A stretch of 58,172 nt of DNA from an uncultured bacterium (lineage in GTDB: Bacteria; UBP14; UBA6098; B30-G16): positions 1 to 58,172 of the forward strand of contig CBEVQY010000015.1 in NCBI GenBank assembly GCA_965552135.1, in the 5' to 3' direction. The notes under the pieces were generated by a model, which was not told the origin of the DNA, did not search any database, and was given only the letters and a program-made list of their open reading frames with translations. Both the position numbers and the translations under genes were made by a program. How positions within the stretch are numbered: position 1 is the first letter of the stretch; every line of letters begins with the position of its first letter. This document shows positions 46,297-55,454 of this stretch, piece by piece.

Positions 46297-47301
46297 GTGC
46301 CAACGAGGGTTGCCATAAACGGCTTTGGGCGCATAGGGCGCCTTGTGTTCAGGATCGGCTGGGGCGATCCACAGCTCGAGTTCGTAGCTATAAACGACAT
46401 CACAACACCGCAAACGCTGGCTCACCTGCTAAAGTACGACTCCGTCCACGGGATATGGGACCACGAGGTCTCCGCGACGGACAACTCCATAGTAGTCGAC
46501 GGCAACGAGATACCCGTCTACGCCATAAAGACGCCCGCTGATCTCCCGTGGAGGGAGCACGACGTCGACATCGTGGTCGAGTCGACGGGGCTTTTCCGCA
46601 AGAGGGAGCAGGCCGCGCAGCACATCGCCGCCGGAGCGAAAAAGGTGCTCATATCCGCACCCGCTAAGGACGTCATCGACGGAACCTTCATTATAGGCGT
46701 CAACGAGAAGGACTACGACAAGGACTCGCACCAGATAATATCCATCGGCTCCTGCACGACGAACTGCCTCGTTCCGGTGCTTAAAGTTTTGCTCGACAAC
46801 TTCGGTATCGAGGAGGCGATGATGACCACCGTCCACGCCTACACCAACGACCAGCGGATACTCGACCTGCCCCACCGCGATCTCCGGCGCGCCCGAGCCG
46901 CAGCTATGTCGATAATCCCAACGACCACAGGAGCGTACAAGACCTCGCAGCTCATCTTCCCCGAGATCAAGGGAAGGATCTATGCCATCGCCATAAGGGT
47001 TCCCGTGCCCGATGCGTCTTTGGTCGACCTCAACGTGAAGCTCAAAAGCGAAGTCACCGCCGAGGAGATCAACCGCGCCTTCAGGTCCGCCGCCGAAGGT
47101 CCGCTGGCTGGAATACTGCAGTACACCGAAGACCCCGTCGTCTCCACAGATATAATCGGCAACCCCCACTCCGCCGTCTTCGACGCCCTGTCGACGACGG
47201 TTTTGGGAGAAAGGGGTACGTTCGCCAAGATCCTCGCGTGGTACGACAACGAATTCGGTTTCTCCAACAGAATGGTCGATATGCTCCGGCTTATGATGTG
47301 A
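46297..47301 (+). CDS. gap: Type I glyceraldehyde-3-phosphate dehydrogenase
   Basis: AINGFGRIGR, LLKYDSVHG, SCTTNCL, TTVHAYT, RARAAA, WYDNE. GTG start with GGAGG RBS. Confidence 0.96.
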   Translation: MPTRVAINGFGRIGRLVFRIGWGDPQLEFVAINDITTPQTLAHLLKYDSVHGIWDHEVSATDNSIVVDGNEIPVYAIKTPADLPWREHDVDIVVESTGLFRKREQAAQHIAAGAKKVLISAPAKDVIDGTFIIGVNEKDYDKDSHQIISIGSCTTNCLVPVLKVLLDNFGIEEAMMTTVHAYTNDQRILDLPHRDLRRARAAAMSIIPTTTGAYKTSQLIFPEIKGRIYAIAIRVPVPDASLVDLNVKLKSEVTAEEINRAFRSAAEGPLAGILQYTEDPVVSTDIIGNPHSAVFDALSTTVLGERGTFAKILAWYDNEFGFSNRMVDMLRLMM

Positions 47302-47395
47302 TTCCGGGCGCGGTTTAAAAAAATTGTTGCGCTTGCTCGGATGCCCCCTATTTTCCCAAAACGCTTGCCGTAGCGCTTCACGGAGGGAATGGGCG

Positions 47396-48595
47396 ATGCG
47401 AAAGATGACGATAGACGACGTAAGCGCCCGCAACAAGAGGGTCATCGTCCGCGTGGACTACAACGTTCCGCTGCAGGAGGGCGTCATCACCGACGATACA
47501 AGGATCAAGGCGACGCTGCCAACGCTTAGAAAGCTTCTTTCGCAAGATGCGTCGCTTGTGCTTATGTCCCACCTTGGGCGCCCCAAGGGGAAGGTTGTTC
47601 CCGAGCTTTCGCTTAGACCCGTGGCGGAAAGGCTATCGGAGCTGCTCGGCAAGGAGGTGAAGTTCCTGCCCGACTGCGTCGGCTCCGAGGTACAGCGCGA
47701 AACCCAAAGCCTTCAGCCCGGAGAGGTCGCCCTGCTCGAGAACCTGCGCTTCCACATCGAGGAGGAAAAGAACGACGACGGCTTTGCGAAGGAGCTTGCA
47801 TCCCACGGCGAGCTTTACGTCAACGATGCGTTCGCCGCATCCCACAGAGCCCACGCGTCGATAGTCGGCGTTCCCAAGTACGTTCAGCCCGCGGTGGCAG
47901 GATACCTTATGGCAAACGAGATAAAGCACCTGGGGCTTTTGCTCGAGGATCCGCCGCGACCGTTCGTCGCGATAATCGGCGGCGCAAAAGTCTCGACAAA
48001 AATAGATGTCCTGCAGAACCTGCTCCCCAAAGTGGATAAGCTCCTTGTTGGCGGCGGGATGGCGTTCACTTTTTTTGCCGCCCTCGGGCTTGAGATCGGA
48101 AACTCCCTCGTCGAGGAGGACGCGGTCGACGTCGCGATGAAGATATGGATGACCTCGGAGGAGATGGGCGGGAAGATGATGCTCCCCGTCGACCTGCTCG
48201 TGGTAAAGGACATTGAGGACGACTCCTCCCCCGTCAAAACGGTTCCCTACGACCACATTCCGCCGGGCTGGGCTGGCGTCGACATCGGTCAGGGCACGGT
48301 GCAGCTCTACAGCGACGTTATAATGGATGCCAAGTCGGTCTTCCTGAACGGTCCTATGGGGATATTCGAGCGCGAGCGATTTGCCGAGGGCACGCGCGCC
48401 ATCTTCGAGGCGATGTCGGAGGTGGCGGCTCGGGGAGACATAGCTGTCGTTGGCGGCGGAGACTCAGCTGCAGCGGCAAAAGCACTCGGCTTCTCCAACG
48501 CCATGACTCACATATCCACAGGCGGCGGCGCATCCCTCGAGTTCATGGAGGGCAAAGAGCTCCCCGGCATCGCCGCCCTGACCGACTCCAAGTAG
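47396..48595 (+). CDS. pgk: Phosphoglycerate kinase
   Basis: RVDYNVP, SHLGRP, LENLRF, NDAF..SHRAHAS, GGAKVSTKI, NGPMGIFE, GGGDS, STGGGASLE. Confidence 0.97.
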   Translation: MRKMTIDDVSARNKRVIVRVDYNVPLQEGVITDDTRIKATLPTLRKLLSQDASLVLMSHLGRPKGKVVPELSLRPVAERLSELLGKEVKFLPDCVGSEVQRETQSLQPGEVALLENLRFHIEEEKNDDGFAKELASHGELYVNDAFAASHRAHASIVGVPKYVQPAVAGYLMANEIKHLGLLLEDPPRPFVAIIGGAKVSTKIDVLQNLLPKVDKLLVGGGMAFTFFAALGLEIGNSLVEEDAVDVAMKIWMTSEEMGGKMMLPVDLLVVKDIEDDSSPVKTVPYDHIPPGWAGVDIGQGTVQLYSDVIMDAKSVFLNGPMGIFERERFAEGTRAIFEAMSEVAARGDIAVVGGGDSAAAAKALGFSNAMTHISTGGGASLEFMEGKELPGIAALTDSK

Positions 48596-48596
48596 A

Positions 48597-49745
48597 ATGG
48601 CACCGCCCCAGACCAAGGGTCCTGCGGGAGCGAAGGAGCTTTTTCCCCTCAAGCTCAGGGGTCCCCAGAGGCTGCGGGGACCCTTCCGTCTGTTCCGATG
48701 TTTCCTTGCGGCGCTTCTCCTGCCGTGGTGCATCTGGGCGCAGTTCGGTCCGCAGGGCGACACGGTTAGGGTTCTCTTCGGCGGCGACGTCATGCTCGCA
48801 AGGCGCGTCGGCGCCGCCGTGGAAACCCTCGGATGCGACTACCCTTTCGCGGGAATAAAGGAGTTTCTCGAGAAAGCCGACCTGGCTTTCGTCAACTTCG
48901 AGGCAGTTGCCGGAACGCTCCGCCGTCACATCGACAAAAAGTACATATTCCAAGTTCGACCGCGGGCGCTTTGGGGGCTTGCCCGCGCCGGAGTGGACGG
49001 CGTCTCGCTGGCGAACAACCACATATACGACTACTTCGCCCCGGGCGTCGTTGAGACCGTGGAGCGCTTTCGTGCGCTGGGCATTGCTCCTATGGGTGCC
49101 GGCGCGAACGCCCGCCAGTTCTTCGCGCCGAAGGCGTTCTGGCTGCGGGAAAACTGGATCGCCATACTCGCCCTGAACGACACCGAGGCAGGCTTTTGGG
49201 GCGAGGATGTTCCGGGCTGCGCGCCAACCTGGAACGCGTGGGGCGAGTCGCAGGCGAAAGAGATCGTCGACGAAATGAGCAGGGCGGGTGCGGCGGTCAT
49301 CGTGTTCGAACACTGGGGCGTCGAATACAGGCTCACGCCGACGCAAAGGCAGATCACGCTCGGGCACAGGCTTATCGATGCGGGGGCGTGCGCCGTCGTC
49401 GGGTGCCACCCGCACAGAATAGAGGGCATCGAGTTCTACCGAGGCGCCGTCATCGCCTACTCCCTCGGCAACCTCGTGTTCGACCAGAACGACTCCCTGG
49501 GAAACGTGGGGCTTCTGCTCGAGCTGTCCATAAGCGAGGGCGCGGTGGTCGGCGTAAGGGGCTTGATCGTCGAGAGCCTGAGCAACTTCGCCCAGCCAAG
49601 ACCGGCCGATCCCCTCCCCTACATCGACATGCTCAACGAGCTCTGCAATCCCCTGGGCACAACGGCGGTTGTGGACGGCGACTGGGTGAGGTTCATCCCC
49701 CGCAAGGGCGCTTTCGGCGCCGAGGTCGCATCCAAAAAGCCTTAG
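48597..49745 (+). CDS. CapA/PGA_cap family metallophosphatase-like protein (true start uncertain)
   Basis: GGDVML, LANNHIYD, HWGVEY, GCHPH, YSLGNLVFDQ. The first ~30 codons overlap a GGGTCCCC/GGGGACCC hairpin (48659-48683). Confidence 0.85.
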   Translation: MAPPQTKGPAGAKELFPLKLRGPQRLRGPFRLFRCFLAALLLPWCIWAQFGPQGDTVRVLFGGDVMLARRVGAAVETLGCDYPFAGIKEFLEKADLAFVNFEAVAGTLRRHIDKKYIFQVRPRALWGLARAGVDGVSLANNHIYDYFAPGVVETVERFRALGIAPMGAGANARQFFAPKAFWLRENWIAILALNDTEAGFWGEDVPGCAPTWNAWGESQAKEIVDEMSRAGAAVIVFEHWGVEYRLTPTQRQITLGHRLIDAGACAVVGCHPHRIEGIEFYRGAVIAYSLGNLVFDQNDSLGNVGLLLELSISEGAVVGVRGLIVESLSNFAQPRPADPLPYIDMLNELCNPLGTTAVVDGDWVRFIPRKGAFGAEVASKKP

Positions 49746-49747
49746 GG

Positions 49748-50866
49748 CTATCCCCTGACCTTCTCGATCGCCTTTTCGTAGAACCTTTCGACCTGCGCAG
49801 CGAGGGCATCGGTGCTCCATCGGCTTACGACGACTTCCCTCGCCCTGCGCCCCATCTGCGCGCGAGCTGCATCGGGCAACGACAAGACCTCGCATATCCT
49901 CTCCGCCAGATCTTCGGGATCCGCCGGCCGGGCAAGCCGGCCCGTCTCGGACGAGACTATCTCGGGCAAGCCCCCAACGTCCGACGCAACGACGACGCGC
50001 TCGCAAGCCATCGCCTCAAGGCCGGCAACGGAGGTGGCCTCCATAAGCGACGGGATGACGACCACATCGGCGCTCGAAAGGTAGGCGGGCATCTGGGCGT
50101 TGGGCTTCTTGCCCAGAAAATGCACGAACTCCCCGACGCCGAGCTCCGAGGCGAGCTTTTGTAGGGGCTCGCGCAGCGGTCCATCGCCGATGAGGTAAAG
50201 ATGGGCGTTGAACCTGCGGCGCACCAGAGGCAGCGCCCTTATCGCAAACTCAACCCCGTTTTTGTGGAAGAGCCTCCGGGGGACAACGACTATCTTCTCG
50301 TCGCCTCTGCGCTCTATCGCGGGCTCCACGGGCCGGAAACGCTCGACATCGACCGCGTTGACCAAGGCGTGTGCATCCGCGCTCGGCACCAGCGAAAGGC
50401 AAACGTCCCTTATCTCGATGCTCGGCGCCAAAAGCAGGTCGGGCTGTTTGAGCAAAAAGCGCAAAACGGGTCTCCACGCGCCCTTCTTCGCCAGCCTGAG
50501 GAAGTGGCTTGTGTGTATCGTCGCCACGAGCGGCACCTTCATAAGCCTCCGCGGCGGGACGGCGGGAACGATGGAAGGGAACGTGTGGACGTGGATCACA
50601 TCGGCGCTTCGGGCGAGGCGGTACATCAGGGGCGCAGCCGCAAAGCTTGTCGTGACCCAACCTAAGGGGTTTTTGCCCGGGCAGAACACTCTGCGCACAG
50701 GGACGCCCTCGTATACTTCCTCTCGCGGCAGCCCCGGCTGGGAGCGCGACGTGACGACGAAAACCTCGTGCCCCCTGCGCAAAAGCGCCTGGCAAAGCGT
50801 TAGAACGTGCGTCTCCAAACCGCCAACCTCAGGCGGAAAGTAAAGACTGTGAACGAGAAGGCGCAT
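49748..50866 (-). CDS. GT4 glycosyltransferase
   Basis: YFPPEVGGLE, DVIHVH, RRLFHKNG, GDGP, EATSVAGLEAMAC, GGLPEIV. Confidence 0.9.
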   Translation of the reverse strand: MRLLVHSLYFPPEVGGLETHVLTLCQALLRRGHEVFVVTSRSQPGLPREEVYEGVPVRRVFCPGKNPLGWVTTSFAAAPLMYRLARSADVIHVHTFPSIVPAVPPRRLMKVPLVATIHTSHFLRLAKKGAWRPVLRFLLKQPDLLLAPSIEIRDVCLSLVPSADAHALVNAVDVERFRPVEPAIERRGDEKIVVVPRRLFHKNGVEFAIRALPLVRRRFNAHLYLIGDGPLREPLQKLASELGVGEFVHFLGKKPNAQMPAYLSSADVVVIPSLMEATSVAGLEAMACERVVVASDVGGLPEIVSSETGRLARPADPEDLAERICEVLSLPDAARAQMGRRAREVVVSRWSTDALAAQVERFYEKAIEKVRG

Positions 50867-50887
50867 GGCAACCCAAATGTAGTCCTT

Positions 50888-50915
50888 AATATACAAGCTT
50901 ACATACAGGAGGCAA
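50888..50915 (-). promoter_or_regulatory. Putative sigma70 promoter of the GT4 gene
   Basis: TTGCCT-N16-TATATT on the minus strand, 21 nt before ATG 50866. Confidence 0.5.
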
Positions 50916-50972
50916 ACAAGGTTTTTACCCACGAGTCATGAGTAAAATTACAAGGTGGTCGAACCTTCTTGG

Positions 50973-50996
50973 AAAAGACGCCTGGAAGTCTAGGCG
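50973..50996 (-). terminator. Possible intrinsic terminator downstream of the R-M gene
   Basis: Minus strand CGCCTAG-ACTT-CCAGGCG (one mismatch) followed by TCTTTT. Confidence 0.4.
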
Positions 50997-51004
50997 CAGG
51001 GTAA

Positions 51005-54000
51005 AAAATTGCGGGAGGACAAAGTATCGGGCAACACCTCAAATTTCCTCCAGTGCCGCCCACACATTCTCAAGTTCCTCTTTGGTTATGCCCCAGATTT
51101 GTGCGGCGAGTCTGTCAATTTCGCGTTCGGATTGTTTTATCTGTTCCTCGTCGTCTTTTTCTGCCGCCTCGTGGCACATTCGCGACAACTCCGCAAGGCG
51201 AAGATGAATTTCATTTGAAGGGTCAAAACGGGGAACCTTAATATGGTCAACTATATGTGTGCTTTTTCCATAGGAAGTGGTATATGCCCAACTTGTTATA
51301 CCTGCGCAGGATGAATTTAACACAGCAGAGATATAATAAGCCTCATCTTCATCGTTTACGGAAACGAACATAACATGATGCTCTGGTAAAATTAAATCTC
51401 CCTTCTCGTCCCTTGCAATCACTGCAGATGCAACGCATTTGCCCATATCTTTCCACACCACCTTCCATTTCGCCATTGTGTATGGACCGACATCATATAT
51501 AGTGTAGAATGGGGCTTTGTCGGAGAAATATTTCATATATGCCGCCCTTCGCTGCAGGACATCCTCAAACTGCTTGAGGTAAGCGTAGGTTCTGGGGTAT
51601 TTTATTTTCATCTCCCGCTCGGGATAGCCGATTCGCTTCACCGGGTCCTGAACCATAATAATGTGGCAGGAAGGCTTTGCGCACCATCTCTGGACATCGC
51701 GCCCCCTCAAAAGAGGATAGACAAAGTCGGGCTCAATAACCGTCTCAGCCTGCTTAACCTTTATCTTGCCCACATTTGCCAGATTGCGGATGAACAGGTT
51801 TCCATCGGGACGTTCCTTTATGACTTCAATCCAGTAAACGCCGTTGGTGCCGCCGGTGTAAACTCCGGCGTGGGCTTCATAATCGCTTTTCCCTATTACC
51901 TTGTGAATAGCGGGCAAAGCTTTTGTGGGTGCAGTGAGCCACGGGGAAGTTGGCTGTTCGGGGTCAACGGGAACGGCGCCCATCTCAATGATTTTCACCC
52001 TCTTTTTCACCTCGTCAAGGGGCAAATCGGGGGAAATTTTGCCTCTGACCGTTTTTTTCCACACCAGATAGGGCACGGGGTATTTAACCGGCTGTTTTGA
52101 TTTTTCGCAGACGAAGACAGCGGTTCTGTTTGTGGCATCCTCAAAGGGCTGGAAATCGGACATATCGGATACCCGTAAAGGAACTATATACACTTTTCTG
52201 TTGTCTTTTTCAAATTCAAACCTTCTGAAGCCATCACCTGCGCCTTTTGTTTTGAAAACCGATTGAGTAATGACAAAACCAAGTTTGCCACCGTCTTTCA
52301 GATAATTATCAACTGAGGAATATGTGAAAATCATAGAGAGGTCTTTTTTCCCGCCGCCCAATCGGGCTTCGTGCCCCGACAAACTGAAAAGTCCGTATTC
52401 CGTCCAAAGCGCTTTTGTAGAATCCCTGTATTCATCTGGCAGATATTCCCAATTCACCCACGGGGGATTTCCGGCGACATAATCAACCTTCTTTATGAAC
52501 AGGGGAGCAAAGGCGTTTTTGATAATTTTTGCCCATATACCGTTCTTGCCCTCTTTTTTGAGGCGCACAAGGGTATTGTAGAGGTTTATATGTTCGGCTT
52601 CATCGCCAACTGGCAAACCTGCCGCTTTTATTTTCCCCAGAAATTCGTCGGCGGTGTAATCATTTTCCACGCAAAATTCTATTTCGGAAGTGTATTTACT
52701 CAGGTTTTCCCTGCTGTTGGAGACCTCCACAGGGATTCTGAGAGGTTCCTCCAGCGCGGCAATGGAGAGTTTTCTCGCATCCTTGAACAACCCCCCATAT
52801 TCGGAGGGCGTGAGGATGGAGTCGCACAGATACACCGGGATTTCCACTCTTGAGGCGGTTCTCAGAAGGTCCCTGCAAGCGAGAAGATAGTTAGTTCTGG
52901 CGGCGGTGACCGCAAGGGGATTGAGGTCAAAGCCGATAACATTGTTCAGAATTTTTTTGAACAATTCTCCGGGTCCAAAGCCCGCCTCAAATCGGTGTTT
53001 TTGATACCATTTTTTGATTCTGTTTATAGCCATAATCAGGAATGTTCCGCTTCCGCAGGCGGGGTCAAGAATTCTTTTGTCGGGATTGCCGTCGTATCCG
53101 AGTTCGTCAAGCACATATTCAGCCAGCCAGTCGGGGGTGTAAAACTCCCCAAGGTCGTGCCTGACCGAACGGGGCAGCAGTTTGTGATACAGTTTTTTCA
53201 GCAGGTCGCGCGTTTCAACCGGGGCAACACTGAGGGTTTCGGGGTCGTATTCATCAAATCTTAACGCTATATTGCGAATCATCTGGGCTATATCATCGCT
53301 CCACAAATTTAGATACCACGAGAAAAGATCTCTTTCAAAAACATTTTCAATTCCGAATTCAGCCCACAGTTTGCCGCTTTCAATTTTTTCGCACTCGTCC
53401 TTGAGTTGTCTGTCGGTGCTGGCGTCTATCAGTTTTTTGAGGGAAGAGGTCCCCAAAGGGTTCATAAAGGAAATCACCTCTGCCGCAAGAAATTTCATAA
53501 AAATTGAGTAATATGTGTGAATAGCAAAAAAAGATGGTCAAGATTTGCATCTTTTATTTCATAAAGTCCGCATAATTCGTTAAATGCCTTGGCGTTTTTG
53601 GTTACTAAATTGTCACTGTATCCGCATACCTCGCCAAAAAACAGTTTCCACTGTCTGAAAAATATATCAATTTCTTCACGATTCCCATTTTGGAGTGAAT
53701 TATAAAGTGTCTGCACACTTCTGCGGGCTAACAGGCTCTCGGCGCTGAAGTCGTTGACGAGATTTTCTGGCGTGAATGAACGACCTCTGGCACCAACCGA
53801 CACGAGGATACGCAAAAACCGCTGAACGGTAGCTGAGGTCACATTCGTCACGGAGATATCCCACTTATTTTTGCCTTTGCACACTACGAACACAAATGTG
53901 TTCCCGTCAAGTCCAACGCCAATAATGCGCTCTGGTGGAATATTGTTCTGGCGGGAAAATGGGTCGAATCTGCCCTTCAGTTGCTCTATAACGGCTTTCG

Positions 54001-54288
54001 TTCCAGGAGCTTCACTGTCGTCGGGAGAAATACTACCTCCTTTTTTGTATTCGATCAGCACCGCCCCATACTTGGAATCAATTCTGCCACCTTTAATGGA
54101 ATAGTCATGACGCGCTTTTATTTTAAGCCCAGCTGATTTTATAAAATCATCTATGACTTTATTACATCTGTAACGAATATCCTCTTCTGAGGACGCTTCT
54201 TTAGCAGCATCATTAAATTTCTTCGCTATCTCCTTAGAACTTTTCTGAATCAGAGTCTCGACGTCCATATATCTCCTCCCGCAGTTTT
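51005..54288. repeat. 15-bp imperfect inverted repeats flanking the R-M gene
   Basis: AAAATTGCGGGAGGA (51005-51019) versus the reverse complement of 54274-54288 (AAAACTGCGGGAGGA): 14/15 identical. Confidence 0.7.
51039..54268 (-). pseudogene. Type IIG (Eco57I-like) fused restriction endonuclease/N6-adenine methyltransferase, frameshifted at the A7 tract 53526-53532
   Basis: N-part (54268-53495) has RIDS..IEYKK PD-(D/E)xK-like motif. C-part (53498-51039) has GEFYTP, LDPACGSGTF, GNPPW and a TRD-like tail. One extra base restores HLFFAIHTYYSIFMKFLAAE and a 1076-aa protein. Confidence 0.88.
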
Positions 54289-54302
54289 GCAACTTTGTTA
54301 TT

Positions 54303-54330
54303 AAATTAAATCCCCTCCGTGTCTTGTCAA
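54303..54330 (-). promoter_or_regulatory. Putative promoter of the R-M gene; the -35 box overlaps the wecB stop codon
   Basis: TTGACA-N16-TAATTT on the minus strand; GGGAGGAG RBS before ATG 54268. Confidence 0.55.
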
Positions 54331-55454
54331 GCCTTTTCTTCCACCCCCTCCCCAATCCTCTCCGCAATCCTCTCCGCCGCCCTTCCGTCGCCGTAGATGA
54401 AGCGCACCTGCGCCATCTTTTTGTATTCCTCCTCATCCTCGAGCAGCCTGGCTGTTTCGGCAACGATCCTGTCCCTGTGCATGCCCACGACCTTGGCGGC
54501 GCCAGCCTCAACGCCCTCAGGTCGCTCGGTGACATCCCGCAGCACGAGGACGGGCTTCCCCAGCGCCGGCGCCTCCTCCTGAATGCCGCCGCTGTCGGTA
54601 AGGATGAGATACGCGCGCGACATAAGGCAGACAAAATCGGGATAGCTCAAAGGCTCGGGCAGATAGATCCGCTCAACACCCGTGAGGTGAGCCCGCACGG
54701 GATCATTGACGTTCGGGTTGAGGTGGACCGGATAAACGATGACCACATCCTCGAACGACGCCGCTATTGTGCGCAGGGCGTCGATGAGCTCGAGGAACGG
54801 CTTGCCGAAGCTCTCCCGCCTGTGCGCGGTGACCAGGATGAGCCTTCTTGTCGGGTCCGACGAGACCTCCTCGAGCGTGGGGTCAGATACCCTCTTTGCG
54901 CGCTTTGCCATCCACAGGAGGGCGTCTATCGCGGTGTTGCCCGTGACGGTACACCTTTCGCGGGGGATCCCCTCGGCAAGGAGATTCTCAAGCGCGCGCT
55001 CAGTGGGAGGGAACAGGAGGTCCGAGATTGCATCGAGAAGCCTGCGGTTTGCCTCTTCGGGGAACGGTCGCCTGAGGTCGCCCGTGCGCAGACCAGCCTC
55101 CACGTGCGCAACGGGGATGTTCCTGTAGAAGGCGGCAAGACCGCCGGCGAAGCTTGTGGTCGTGTCGCCCTGAACGACAACCATCGCCGGACGAAGCTCG
55201 TCCATAAGCCTGCCCAATCCCTCAAGCGACGCTATGGTGATGTAGTCGAGCGTCTGCCCGTGGCGCATGATGTCGAGGTCGTAGTCGACGGAAAGGTCGA
55301 ACGCCTCGAGGACCTGGTCGAGCATCTGTCGGTGCTGCGCCGTGGCAACGACTATGGGCTCTAAGTCCCTCCTGCGCTCAAGCGCCATCACGACCGGCGC
55401 CATCTTTATCGCGTCGGGACGGGTGCCGACAACGCAAAATATCCTCCGACTCAT
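54327..55454 (-). CDS. wecB: UDP-N-acetylglucosamine 2-epimerase (non-hydrolysing)
   Basis: GTRPDAIKMAP, QHRQML, QGDTTT, HVEAGLR, PEEANR, TAHRRES, TDSGGIQEEAP, TERPEG, YGDG. Confidence 0.96.
   Translation of the reverse strand: MSRRIFCVVGTRPDAIKMAPVVMALERRRDLEPIVVATAQHRQMLDQVLEAFDLSVDYDLDIMRHGQTLDYITIASLEGLGRLMDELRPAMVVVQGDTTTSFAGGLAAFYRNIPVAHVEAGLRTGDLRRPFPEEANRRLLDAISDLLFPPTERALENLLAEGIPRERCTVTGNTAIDALLWMAKRAKRVSDPTLEEVSSDPTRRLILVTAHRRESFGKPFLELIDALRTIAASFEDVVIVYPVHLNPNVNDPVRAHLTGVERIYLPEPLSYPDFVCLMSRAYLILTDSGGIQEEAPALGKPVLVLRDVTERPEGVEAGAAKVVGMHRDRIVAETARLLEDEEEYKKMAQVRFIYGDGRAAERIAERIGEGVEEKA

Noticed and set aside
50940..50970. tRNA or tRNA fragment as an integration site (GGTTCGA on the minus strand)
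   Set aside because: T-arm spacing is wrong and no acceptor, D or anticodon arms can be built. No att-like duplicate is seen at the other island end.
50938..51207. Small 89-aa ORF as a controller protein or antitoxin for the R-M gene
   Set aside because: Mostly antisense to the R-M gene 3' end, no helix-turn-helix pattern, and the nearest SD is too far from the ATG.
29265..54330. Apparent preference for 16-bp promoter spacers
   Set aside because: About as many candidates have 17-bp spacers, and all were picked by eye, so selection bias cannot be excluded.
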